The notes under the pieces are model-generated. The model saw only the letters and a program-made list of their open reading frames with translations, ran no database searches and had not been told where the DNA came from. A stretch of 63,503 nt of DNA, the filler included, from Guillardia theta CCMP2712 (taxonomy: Eukaryota; Protista; Cryptophyta), in NCBI RefSeq assembly GCF_000315625.1. It is 5 parts of 5 records of this genome, joined end to end, with 100 filler letters (N's around TTAATTAATTAA, not from the genome) between each part and the next. Parts side by side here need not be neighbours in the genome. Positions count along the whole stretch, not along the records: positions 19,960 to 36,700 come from NW_005434612.1; positions 36,801 to 57,183 come from NW_005434353.1; 3 more parts are not named here. The stretch is one strand, 5' to 3'. The position numbers were made by a program, and so were the translations under genes. Positions 24,406 to 36,952 of the stretch are shown here, one piece after another. The first letter of the stretch is position 1; each line of letters starts with the position of its first letter.

Positions 24406-26242
24406 GCCAACAAGACAGTCCTGCTCCTCCTGCTTCTCCTCCCTACCTCAAATCCGTCTTGTCGTCTGGAACCCCAAAGAAACCTTCCAACCCAGTCACA
24501 TATCTTCCCTTATGCCCGCTCGTCTCCTCTCCTACCTGCCCTCCTGAGCTGCACCACAGAGATCGGCTGCTGGCCGAGAGCTGAGAAGAAGGCTTCTGCA
24601 GCTCCGTTCCTGCCATCACTATCAGCGACGGTCACTTGCTGCCAGCCTCTCTCCCACCTCTCCTTGATATACACCTCTCGTTGCAGCCCCTTCACCCCAG
24701 CACCCGCCTGCTGACCCTGCACCATCTCCTGCATCGTCTCGTGGATGATCGCCTTTCCTGACGCGTAGCTCGTCTCCCACATGCTCCTGCGCGCTTGCCT
24801 GTCAGCCCCCGAGCTCGCTCTCAGCAGCAGCACCGGATTTCCTTCCGCACACCAAGGAGCGACATGTCATGGAATGTCGGCTTCCACGCCACCTCCAGCT
24901 CGTCCTGTCCTGCGCTTCTTGCAGCACTGCCTTGAGATGTTTGATCAGAAACATCTTCCCACCCTTCTTCTGCTCCTGCTGCCGAATTCTTTCTTCCCGC
25001 CTCGCCATCTCGACGACGGCTCTCCCCAACTGATTCCTTGGCAAACAGGTCTGACCTCCTCAAGTCCTCCAACCCAGCAGGAAGAGTTCCTGCTCCATAC
25101 ACCTTCACAGACTTCGGCTGCTCCGCTTCCGCTTCCCCGCCCTCTCCCCTCCCAGCATTCTCGTCTAGATCGGCTGCCTCGAGTTTGTTTCGTAGGTTCG
25201 TCACTAGGAATTCTCCAAACTGAGTCACGCGCTCTATCTGTACATGCCTGTCAAGTCGACATGGTGAGATAGAAGTGAAGCATACGCTCGACTCGATGTG
25301 GTGTATCACTCTCTTCGGATTCGCCTGACGGCGCTCAGGTTCTGCTGGCATGTATGAAGGTTCATGTTGAGCATTCATGGGGAGGTTACCGTGTTCATCC
25401 TCGTCCTCGTATGCTGCAACTGGAGCAGGAGACTGCAGCACGGGATCAATGATGCAAAATATGCCGCCATCATTACAAACCTGCTGCAGCCCACGGGACA
25501 ACCGGTCGCGTAGAGAATTCAGCATGGGTTACTTGGAGTTCTCACCATGTTCGAAGTCATCTTAGAGATGCTGAAGGGAGTTTGGACGCGATCTCCCTGC
25601 CTTGACAGTCGATGGAAGATGTTTATCACATTCTTAGCATCGCGGCTGCTCTCCCTCCCCTCCTTCACCCCCCCCTCCCCCGCCTCTCTCTCTTTCCCGC
25701 CATTGTCGGGCAGTACAGTCTGGATACTAATAAATGTTGTTATTCGTTTTAAAATTTAGTTCATTGTGCTTTTTTTAGACTTTTGGTTTTTTTTATAACA
25801 TTTTAAAAGTACATAGGGTACATTTTGTAAAACAAATTGTACTATTTGTAGTATAGCTATATTATTCTAATGTGTGCTCGCCATGCCGCTGAAAATCTTG
25901 GGAGAGTTGGGGAGGGAAGAGGAGAGGAGTAGAGGGAGGAGAGAGGAGAGAGGAGAGAGGAGAGAGGAGAGAGGATGAGCGGTAGGATGCAGATGATGAT
26001 CTGGACGATGATAGAGCAGAGCAAGGGTTCGAGATGGCATTGAAAAGAGTGAACAAAGTTGAATGTAGTCAAGGGGGTTCAGAACAGGCGTTGGACGACA
26101 GCAGCAAAAGTTGACCCGTTTGCTTTGCAGGCATTCAAACAATGGCCTTGCACAATTTCACAAGACTGATCAACGTGTTTGCTCCCGTCATTCATCGATC
26201 GATCGTCCGAACGTATTCTGTTTGCCCTTCCGTTTGTTCCAC

Positions 26243-26569
26243 CAATGACGATGTTCCTCAGGCTAGCAAATAGTCCGCTATTCCAGAAGATCGCATGGGA
26301 TGGCACACAGATGGTGAAGGGTGCGGCTACCAAGAGCGCAGAGGAGCTCAAGAAGTCGGCGCTCTATCGCACTGCAGCGTACAGGATGATGGAACACACC
26401 ACAAAGGTGAGCGGCTAACATAATACTTGTTCCATTCGAGGGTGACGTAGTTCGTAGCTCAAGCACACAGAGGCGTATCAGCAGATTCAATCAAGTCACG
26501 GCTTCCAAAGTTTCCAGAACTTCATGCAGAACTTCATCCAGGAGCTCAGGAGAAACCGGATCCTCTAGA
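26243..26569 (+). CDS. Possible small two-exon hypothetical protein
   Basis: MTMFLRLANSPLFQKIAW...EHTTK, GT donor at 26407, and a downstream frame ...FQNFMQNFIQELRRNRIL*. Confidence 0.35.
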
Positions 26570-26623
26570 GATGACTGCGCCTTCAACTGTCTTCCCTTGT
26601 ACATAAAGCCGAATGAAAGAATA

Positions 26624-28793
26624 TCACTGAAGAGCATGTTCACTTCCTCGCGTCTCAAGCCACGCTTGCAGATACGGCATTAACACTTGTTGCGCGTATG
26701 AAAGGCCCTGAAGACCTTGTCTCAGAGCAGAGCAATCAACAGTCTCCTTCCACTCTCTCACCTCCAATGCACTCTCGTCTACTCCTTCCTCGGTATCCAG
26801 CAGCCCCAGCCTGCAGAGCAACGAGTGAGAGGATGGTGAGGGGAGCAACGTTGATCTCACAGTCTGACAAGAGCCGTGAAGCAAGTATGCCACACCAACT
26901 CATCCCCTTCGTTCTGAGCTCGGACAGGTTAGTGAGAACACAGTCGGATCGAAGCACGATTGTACGTTCTTCAGGCATTCGAGGAGGGCGCTATTTACAT
27001 CGTCCCATCGCTTCTTGTCCTGGACCAGAACTCTAGAAGCGGACGGGAACGCAACAGACTGCGAGCATGGTGGGAGGTTGAACAACAACAAGCAACTCTA
27101 CCTCCAGGGTCTTGACCGCTCGAAAGAGAACTAAGGACTCTAACGTAGCGTGTCTTGCAGTCCCCATCTTCATCCCCTCGGGTCAAACACACGTCGTCTT
27201 GCCCCATCCTAAAACTTCACCTGGGAAAGCACTTCGAGGGCAGGAACGGCGATATAGTCCAGTTCACGGGCTGTCTCATCGCTGGTCCAGAGCAGTCAGG
27301 GGATACGATCGCGGCGGGAGTGCACGACCTCAACAACGACTCTACATGCGCATGTCGAACGCTCCCCTGTTTGCATTTCTGGTTCCTGACAATCTGCACG
27401 ACCAGAGTGAACAGTTAGCCGGCTGCACGTGCGAGTAGCAATTCCCCCCCCCCCGCCCAACCTGTAGCATGCAGTCGATGACTCGGCTGTCTCCTTCAAC
27501 TGCCAGGGACTGTTCGCAGACACGGTGACGAGGCAGACATCGCGATAATGCTCCCTCTGTCAAACCTGGAGGGATCGCACGCACTCCAGCTTCACTTCCA
27601 ACGAGTTGTCCTTCATGGCCGACAGGAGCGCGTCTATCACCTGCCGTCGACGCCGTCAACCCATGGCAGCGAGCAAGGAAAGAACTGACGTCCTTGTCCC
27701 CCTTCTCAGCGACGAACGCGAGGATCGATGCGGCGGAAGCTCTTCAGTGCTTCGAGTCAGTTCACAATCCAGCACGGGGTCTGCTCGCATGGGGGCGAGT
27801 CACCTCGCAATCTCGTCCTCATCGTTAAGCCCCACCTGCCCGGTATCTGTCAGAGGTTTCACCGCGCAGGTCCCACACACGTCGATGGATGACGTCAGCA
27901 TCTTGATCACTCTTGAATCTCCCTTGGGTGCGAGGTCTCCGATGATTCTGATCGCCCTCCTACGAGTGTGCTTGTCCTCGTCGAAGAGCATCTCCGATAC
28001 TCCCGACAGAACCTGCGACGCCCGTCAGCCAGCAACCAGCCACCCAACAGGAGAGCTCGGGGGTATCAGCAACCCCCCTTACCGCTTCCTCGCTGTCCGA
28101 AGACCCCAGTCGCATCCCTCGACTTCCCGCCACCATGGTCAACCGCCCGCACACAAGGAGGCGCTCGCACGTGCACCTGCAGAGACTTGTCTCGATGTCG
28201 TCCAAGGCATTTCTCTTCGCTATCGTCTCTGTTTGTTTCAGGTTTTCCACCTGTCTTGACACGTGAGCATTTCTCAGCTCAGCCCCCATCACATTCACCA
28301 GCGCGTTCATAATGGCACAATCCCCACTCCCTGAACCGTCTCCGATGCCTGCTAACATCAACGAGTATCTACAAAACATCGTCACAATGACCCGAAATCT
28401 TCCTTCCTTTCTCCTCCTCCTCCTCCTCCTCCTCCTCCTCCTCCTCCCCTCCTCACTTCATCCATTGCTGGGTCCTCATGGCAGCTCTTCGTCGTTGAAG
28501 GTCTTCCTGCTCATGGTGTCCATGAGCTGCTTCCTGAAACGGCTCCCCCTCCGCGATTGCAGCGAACGTCGCGTTGCCATCCTCCCGCGCATTGATGCTT
28601 GCTTTCCTCTCCCTGCGGTGGTCTGGTCGTCCAAGACCCTGCTCGGGCGATCTCGTGGCGGTTTCGGACATCGTTCAGCTCTAGGAGGCGCGAGGCATGA
28701 CCTGCTCCCTGCATGAAAGGAGTGAGTGATGCTGTAGGTGTCTAGGAAATGATGGCTGCCGGCATCGAAGAGTCTGTTAAGCCCTTGATTCAA
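26624..28793 (-). CDS. HEAT/ARM-repeat protein, multi-exon, boundaries approximate
   Basis: Exon fragments such as LFDEDKHTRRRAIRIIGDLAPKGDSRVIKML, IAKRNALDDI, VNSALLECLKN and NPLYRFLA-like helical repeats. Confidence 0.55.
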
Positions 28794-29140
28794 GAAGTTC
28801 TCTTCCTCTCATGCCGAGTGTGAAGTGGGCCTTAAAACAAACCTCTCTCTATCCAAAACTCATTTGGTCCTTTTAAAACTTTGGCGCCCTCTGTCCTGTC
28901 CATTGCCCACTTTTCCCTGTTAATTGTCAACCCAATCATCTTTCCACGTCTAGATGTCATATCCTGTTTTTTTGCACGCACACATTCTACACCAACCATT
29001 TCTTTTCATACTGAACGATGTTCTGCTCCTTCTCGAGCTATTTTCATTCGCGCCTCTCTTGTGTTTCTCTCAGACTCTGTTATTTTTCCTCGTCTTCCTC
29101 GTCCTCCTCGTCCTCCTTGTCTTCCTCGTCCTCCTTGTCT

Positions 29141-29175
<35 letters not shown>

Positions 29176-29976
29176 CTCGTCCCCCTCGTCCTCTTCCTCC
29201 ACCGTTCACATGTCAGGCATGTGACGTCCGCCGATGCCCGATCCCAACCCCGAAAGTCTTTCTGGGGTATTCGACAGAAACGCGCAGATTGTTTCGTTTC
29301 ACAGACCTAAAACCTGAAGTATTTTAAAGGATACTCTTCTATGCCTTCACGGGTCCAAACAGGGCAATGTCATGTAAAGGGGGTGGGTACTATTTGGTAC
29401 CAATTAATAATTATTAATTGGAAAGGCCAGATTGATTGGCGGGAAAATAGTACCAAGTATAGCAGTTTGTACGGGGGCGTACTACGGTACTTCAGCAATA
29501 ATTGTTTGTAAAATGGAATGTAACTTAAATTAGTACCGAAATAGATATTTTTATAATGTTAACAATAATTTAGTAGGCGTTACTATCCATATAATTTGTA
29601 CTATCTATCTAATTGTCCTACATCCATATATTTCTGCGCGTTTATGTCGAATTCCCCAAGTCTTTCTAGAGAAACTTTGAAACTTTACCCCGTGAAACTT
29701 TCAGCCCCCAACTTTGGGTTAAACTTTTTATGAAAAAGATTCGTCTCACTCATGAGTTCTCGGCACTAGCCGCATCTACGATGGCCGCGCTATGAGGGAG
29801 GTAGGGAGGAGACGAGGACTCGTCCTCCTCATCTTCATCCTGATGAACTTCAAGGCAAGGTAAGTGCCACTTGGATCTGATCTCCTCCCCTCCTCCTCTC
29901 CTCCCGTCCACTCCTCCCGTTCTTCTCTCTCTCTCCCCCACACTCAGTCCCCTTTCTGCTGAATCTCATCACGCAC

Positions 29977-30933
29977 TTGAGCAGCGTTGGCTTGCAAGGG
30001 AGCGGATCGGGGCAGAGGTGCCTTGGGCTGAGGGGAGGCGCGAAGTTTGTGCCGAGCTGTTCAGTTCGCCCTCGAACCCGCAAGACGAAGACGACGACTA
30101 TGCTGAAACAACGAGAGAAACATGAGCACAAGGCTTCGAGGAAGCGTTTGCACGAGATTGACAAGATGGCTCCTCCAATAGATCCTGATGACGATGAGCA
30201 AGAAAACCAGATCGGAAAACCCGCCAAGAAACTTCTCAAGTAACATCCAACACACGAAGCTTCCTCTCACCTTCCCTCCCAGGCAAAGGAAGAAATGGAG
30301 CCTCTCGGACAGGGGGGGAAGGATCTCGTGAGTGGTCAGTGGACGGTGGAGGAAGAGACTTACGGGTGGGAACAGTTTGAGACAAGCTCGATCGATGAAG
30401 GGGCTCCGCTTCCTGAAGACCATCAACAAGGTCTTTTGCCATGTTGTTATGTCTGGTCTAACCAACTGATCCAGACCAGTCAAGCACGCAAAAAGTGGCT
30501 GGAGGGGGCAAGAAAGCCAAGAGAGGCACGAGTGATCCCGGGGGAGGGAGGAGAGGAGAGGAGCGGCGATGGAGCTGCCCAAGAGAGCTCTGTTGAAGGT
30601 GCTCCAAGGAAGGATAGGTCGAGAATGGTGGACCCTGCACCTGCAGCAGGTAGCTGTCGTCCGGTAGGGAGGAAGGAAACTTCGGGGAAGAATGACGCAA
30701 AGAATGGTTTGAAAGAGAGTCTCAAGGTCAAGACAGGCAAGAAGTCCAAGTCAGAAGACATGTACAGCGATCTTACCTTCTTCTCATCACCTTTCTGGAA
30801 CGGTCCTCGGTCAGGGTTTGCGTACAAGAAGGGACCCAAAGGACTTGGTTACTACAGAGATGCCTGGCTGATGAGGAAGAAAAAGCTGCAAGAGAAGAGA
30901 AACATAAGGGCGAAGGAAGGAGCGAAGAAGTAG
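29977..30933 (+). CDS. Lys-rich hypothetical protein, probably spliced, with an F-x-G-x-R-x-GF-x-YK-x-G-x-x-GLGYY-x-D motif
   Basis: ORFs 29977..30243 and 30295..30933; FWNGPRSGFAYKKGPKGLGYYRD. Confidence 0.5.
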
Positions 30934-32228
30934 AAGCGGACGCAACACTTGTCTTCAAGAATGACGCGCTCCTGGGTTGAGATACCAGAGAATTCTGACT
31001 TGACACTCAACAATCTGCCATATGGAGTCTTTCATTGAGCTCTAGGGCACCAAGGTGTGGGGTTGTCATGGAAGATATAGTCGTGGACTTGTCAGTTGTC
31101 ACTTGCCTGCTAGGGGGTATTGGAAGTTTGGATCCCTCGTGACTGTGGGAATTGTCAGAAATCTGATCGATCTGGGATAGCTGCGGCGATTGCAAGTCAT
31201 CCTCGAAAACCATGTAAATATGTACAAGTACGCACATGAAAGTCCTCGTTGCCGTGAGTTCCAAACGTTTTGTAAGATGGGGGTTGTAGTGGATCGGAGG
31301 GAACAGAAATCAATTTTATCTACTTTACATGGGCCCATTGAACTTGCAAGCTACTTGATCGAGACGTTTGCAAAGTTCGTTCTCCTTCTCCTCGTGTTGT
31401 CCACCATCACCTTGCGGCTCAACCTGTCCGTCTCAAGACCTATGGGATGCTGGTCAGAGGACGACATGACAAGTGTGCTTGTGAGGGTTTCGAGGAGGAG
31501 GAGGTGGAGGAGGAGGAGGAGTGAGACAAGTAGAAGAGTAGACAGAGGAAGAGGAGGAGCAGGTGGAGGAGGCTGTGGTAGTGGTGGAGGAAGGAGGCGG
31601 ATGGGAAGGAGTAGGAGGAAAGATCATGGCAGAGGGGATAACAATGATGGAGAGAGAGGAGCTACGAAGAAGAAGCAGGATAGAGGCAAGGGACGAGGCA
31701 GTGAAGCCAGAAAGAGAGGGGAGGAGAGGAGGAGGAGAGGAGGAGAGGAGAGGAAGATCAACACACCATTAAGTGCGTTCATCAGTTGTTGGGTCCGGGG
31801 AGAGGGTCTATCACGTCATCAGCATGGCAGGGAAGAGCCGGGCCCTCGCTCATTACCTGGCCCCCTCCGAGGGCAGTCGCATCAGCTGCGAGGAGGTTGC
31901 GGCAGCCTTGGCAGAACCGCCGTCCTGTGCTGAGCCTCTGGGACGATCGAAAGTCTTGTCGTAGTTGGGAGGTAGGGGCTGAACCTGAGCCAGGGGGGTG
32001 AGGGAGGGAGGAGTGAGTGAGTGAGTGAGTGAGTGAGGGAGGGCGAGGGAGAAAGATGGGAAGCACGACCAAGGGGATGGGAGACAGGAAGGAGAAGAAG
32101 GAAGGATAGGAGATGGCGATGGAAGAGATGTACAAAGAGAGGGAGAGGCGGGAGGGCGACGCAGCACGGGGCAGGGAAGGGCGAGGGAGGAAGCTGAAAC
32201 AAGGGCAGGAGCGTGATCGCGATCTTCG

Positions 32229-35216
32229 TCAGTGACTCACCGGCAGACCGGAGAATCGTCGATACTTCTCGTTCTTGTTGGGAGGTTCTATGAGGGCTGA
32301 AGTCTCGAACTTCATCAAGGAGGAGGAGGAGGACTTGAGTTGCTGCTCCTGTTCGCTCGCTTCCTCTGCTTTCTTCATCGTTCTTGAGTTCAGCTGCCTT
32401 GCCTTGTCTGCCTGTAGCGCGAGGAGGCTGCCCGGGAGGACCTGCTTCCTGGGCGTGAACTCAGAGTCTGCGGAAGAGGCGGCGGAGTCGGCGAGGGGAG
32501 GTTTGCTGCTGGTGCTGCTGCTGGTGCTGACAAGATTCAAACTCCGCTGTGAGATGGTCTTGATCCTCGGGCTCTGATTGGGAAAGGCGACGCGGGGGAT
32601 CAGATTCCTTGCGGTCTGACTCCCTCCTCCTCCTCCTCCTCCTCCTCCTCCTGCGCTGATTTCGGATGACACGATGCTGTCCTCTCTTGAACGGCTTGGA
32701 CGGGCTGTTGATGGCCTCCTCGGCTGATGAGTCTTCTCCTCCTGCGCTTGGATCCTCTCGTAGCTGATGCGCGAGGCCCAGCCTGTTGGAATGCTTGAGT
32801 CAGGGAAGGAGGAAGGGGAAGGGGATTGCAACATTCTCTGATGATGGTGGTGGTGGTGGTGGTGGTGGTGGTGGTGGTGATGATGATGATGATGATGATT
32901 ATATGATGATGATGATGATGATGATGATTATATGATGATGATGATGATGATGATATTGCTGTTGACGATGTTGATCAAGATTCAATGAGATGCTGGCAGT
33001 GAGGGAGAACACAACCTGGAAGCGGCCTGTTCCAGATGCTCTCCTTGTTCAAGATGCTCCCTAGGTCCTCCTTATGCACATCCAGCCAGTAGTTCACTCT
33101 CGCCTCCTTGCTGGGAGGGGGCCACCACTCTCCCCTGTGGTTCAGGACGCGATTGAGCACGAGCTTCGAGCCGAACTCGCATAGAGACCCGTCAGGGTTC
33201 TTGAGGAAGAGCTCTTCGTCCACTGTGCTCTGCAGGTGCCGCTGGCTGATGTGCTGCTGCATCCCAAGCTTCAGGTTGCTCCACCACGAGGTCAGACGGA
33301 TCGCCGCAAAGTGTTTCATCCTCCTCTGCTCAGCGTTCAGCTCGGCCAGGTGCTCCTCGCTGGCCTTGATCAGGCTGACCCTCAGCTGGCAGGAGGGGAC
33401 AACCTGTTCCTGCTCTACCCCTCCCTTCACCTCCAGCTCCGACCACTCCTTCTTGATGTTTTTCAGCTCCTTCCAGTTGGACGGGGAGTCCAGCGCTATC
33501 ACCCCCCTCTGCTCCCTTCCCAGGGTGAGCATGCAGATGGGTATCATGACGACCCCTATGGGCTCGGAGGTCCCCCCCTGCCCACCAGCATCCCCCCCTT
33601 CCGTCTTGTAGACGACGATGGACAGGAGACGATTCTCCAGGAGGATAGGGATCTTGAAGTTGTCATCCCACCCCAGCCTTTCTCCTGAGCACCTGCTGGA
33701 CTCTTCCTCGGGCGTCTGCTTCCTGTCCAGGAAGAAGCCGAGGTGGTAGGAGGCGGGCTCCTGTTGGGAGGATGGGAGGGCGTAGGGATCGTCGATGACT
33801 GGGATGTTCAGGGAGGTCACCTCGAGTACCATAGTCCTCCTCTCCAGCACAGGAGACGGCAGGTCAAACTGTGTGCCCCACTCCGGGATGTCCAGCACGG
33901 CGGCGGATTTCATCAGCTCGTTGTTCAACTTTGCGGGCTGCCAGGGAGGAGACTCCGACGCCAGCAGCCGCCCCAGCAGCTCCCCCATCGGGGAGTAGAG
34001 GCTGAGAGAGGAGGATGCGAAGCCGACGAGGAGGAGGCAGCCCTTCCGCCCCAGCTCTGTTCGTGTCCTTGCTGTGCTCGATGCAGGTGATGCTGGTGAC
34101 CGCGGAGCTGTCCCCCTGCCACCTGCTGATCAGCTTCTCGTCCGTGGCCTCGAGGTCGAGCTTCTTGGAGGCGCGTTTGAACATCAGGGAGGTGTTGAAG
34201 AGCCTGGAGGAGGAGGAGGAGGAAACGATACTGGCTGTCCTCTTGAAGCTGAACTTCCTCGCCCTGAACGATTCGACCTTGCTCTTGACTGCATTCCTCA
34301 GCAGCGTCTTCACGTTGAACACGTAGATGTTACCCAGTGCGTCTCCCACTGCCAGCAGGGAGTCCGACGAGTCCCCGGCCATGGCGCTGATCAAGTTTTC
34401 CCTCCTTTCGTCAAAGAACACCACGATCTCTGCCAGCTCCTTGGCGTCCGCCGAGCTGCAGATCCGAACTGTCCCGTCGACGCCCGCTGTAGCGTACAGG
34501 AAGCCCTTGGGGTAGGAGGCGCGGAGGGAGATGGGAACTCGGAAGAAGAGCATAGTCTCGATGGAGGTCTGACCTGTCACAGTGAGGAAGAAGGGCTTCG
34601 GAGGAGCCGACGTAATCATCCTCCCAGACGCCAGGTTCCAAACTTCGATCGACCCGTCGGAGGCGCCGCAGCAGAGAATGTGGTTGTTTGCGGACATGCG
34701 GTAGATGTCCGGCAAGCTGCCCGAAGTCCGGGTGAGCTGAAGGCGAGCAGGTCAGCGGCGGAGACGAAGCAGGTGGAGGTGGAGGTGGAGATGGCAGTTG
34801 AGGAGAGTGAGGACGAGAAAGATAAGCAGGGGAAGGGGGAAGAGAAGGAGAGGAAGACCAAAACGTTTGAAGACGCAGATCGGGGAGGGGGAGAGAAGAC
34901 AAGAGGATTGTGGATTGAAGGAGGAGGAGGAGGAGGAGGAGGAGGAGGAGGAAGGAAGGAAGGAAGGAAAACGGTTCTCCCGTGTCCCCCGCTGACAACA
35001 TGTCTCCTCTCCCTCACCTTCTTGAGGTACCTCACAAAGAACTCGCTCTTTGGCGCGCGGTTGGGGAACAACCAGACCACCCCTGACTCCTCCGCAGCAG
35101 CCACCACCCCTTCCGCCTCCTCCTGCTCCGTGGTGCTCTTGCTCGACTTGGTGCTCTGCTTTGCTATGGCGAGAGAGTTGATGTCCGTCCATGCATCGCT
35201 CACCTACCAGGTAAGT

Positions 35217-35251
<35 letters not shown>

Positions 35252-36629
35252 GCCCCTCCTCCTCTTGAACTTGTTCCTCTCCTCTTGCTCATCCCATCTC
35301 CTCCTCTATCTCCTCCTTCTCTACCTCTTTCTCCTCCTCCAACAACCTACCATAACAACCATCCTGTCTTTCGTCAGCTTCCCCCCACCTCTTTCCATCC
35401 CGCTCCTCCTTCCTGCGCGCCTGCCTTACCAGCTTCTGTAAGAGGGTGCCAGAGGAGAAGTTGTATACGAAAATCCCTCCTCCGTTCCACCCGAGGATCA
35501 GCCTACACTGCGCAAGGTCCAAGGAGGCCGCAGTGACGCGTTTGTACGCGGAGGAGGAGGAGGAGGAGGAAGGGGTCGTTTCCTTGACCTTCACGCTCGA
35601 CCCGTCCCCTCCTTCCTCTTGCTTGTTGTGCTGCATGAGGTTCCTGCTCGAGAGCGTGGAGGGTGCCTTGTCGGACGACGCCCTCCTGGTTGCCTTCCCG
35701 CCCTGCTCCCTTCCTGCCTCCCTTCCCCTCCTCTCTTCAGCCCCCCCCTCCGGCTGCCTCCTCCTCCTCTCCTCTCCCGTGCTCTTGGAGTTCGTCTCCT
35801 CCTCTGCCCCCGTGCTCGTCCTCGCACGGAACCACGTGATCTGCTTGCCGCTGCTGACGTCCCACGAGCAGACCAGCCCGCTGCTGTCGATGCTGAGAAT
35901 CTGAGAGAAAGTCTGCGAGAAAAGAGTGGCGAGGATAGGATTCTTGTGCTCCTGCCCTGCAAGAGTGATTTCTTTCTTTGCGCTGTGCAACAAAAGGGCT
36001 ATGTCAGTGGTCAGCACTTGTTCCTTCCTCCTCTCCTCACATTCTCTCATGCTCGTCTAGCTCCTCCTGCTCCCTCTCTCATGCTCGTCTAGCTCCTCCT
36101 GCTCCTCTCCGCCTTCCCTTTCTATCTCTCCTCTCCTCGTCAAACTCATCTTTCTTCTCACTTCTTGGATTCATCTTCATCTGCATTATTGACATACGAA
36201 AGATCTCAATACTCATTCACTTGCCCCCTTTTCTCCTCTCCTTCATGTCCCTCCTCCCTCCTCCCTCCTCCCCTCTTCTCCTTACCTCTGCTCCAGGAAC
36301 TTAAGCTTCCACACAAACAAGCTCTTTCCTCCAAGTATCACATAGTCGTTCCTCCCTGCCCTCCCCCTCGCCGCCACCATGCGGGTCACCCTGACTCTGT
36401 TGGAGAGCATAGGATCGAGGAGGCAGGGGATGGAGCCGAGGAGCTGGTTGCCGCTCGTGCTCCACCACTTGATGACCGAGTGGGCGTCGAGGGAGAGGAG
36501 GATCTCTCGGTTACGGAGGAAGAGGAGGGAAATGACGGAGGAGAGATGTCCTCTCAAGTTCCCCACGTTCTTGCCCGACCATGGCTCCCAGGTCTTGATG
36601 ATCCTGCAAGAGGTTTGACAAGGTGACAT
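32229..36629 (-). CDS. WD40-repeat protein with a C2-like domain and IQ-like motif, multi-exon, 5' end lost in the gap
   Basis: WD repeats LRGHLSSVISL...IKWW, ILSIDSSGLVCSWD, CGASDGSIEVWN, ATAGVDGTVRI, LAVGDALGNIYVFN; C2-like WDDNFKIP...LLSIVVY...IGVVMIPI; AAIRLTSWW. Confidence 0.75.
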
Positions 36630-36952
36630 GGGAAGGAGGGAGGGAGGGAGGGAGGGAGGGGAGGGAGGGAGGGAGGGAGGGAGGGAGGGAGGGAGGGAGG
36701 NNNNNNNNNNNNNNNNNNNNNNNNNNNNNNNNNNNNNNNNNNNNTTAATTAATTAANNNNNNNNNNNNNNNNNNNNNNNNNNNNNNNNNNNNNNNNNNNN
36801 TCCTTCCCCCCCAGTCGCCGCTTGTCTTCCCTCCATGACCATGAGCTGCGCCTGCCTCCTTGATGCTAGGCTTGTTTTCCTTCCCTGCCGCCTGTGCTCC
36901 ATAGGTGGCTTGCCCCTGTGCCGCGCCTGCCCCCTCACCTGCCCCCATCGGA

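Noticed and set aside
24129-24714. Poly-Met and poly-Ile ORFs, and similar ORFs from (CTCTG)n, (GGA)n, (GACAG)n and (GAGGA)n
   Set aside because: Translations of intronic or intergenic microsatellites.
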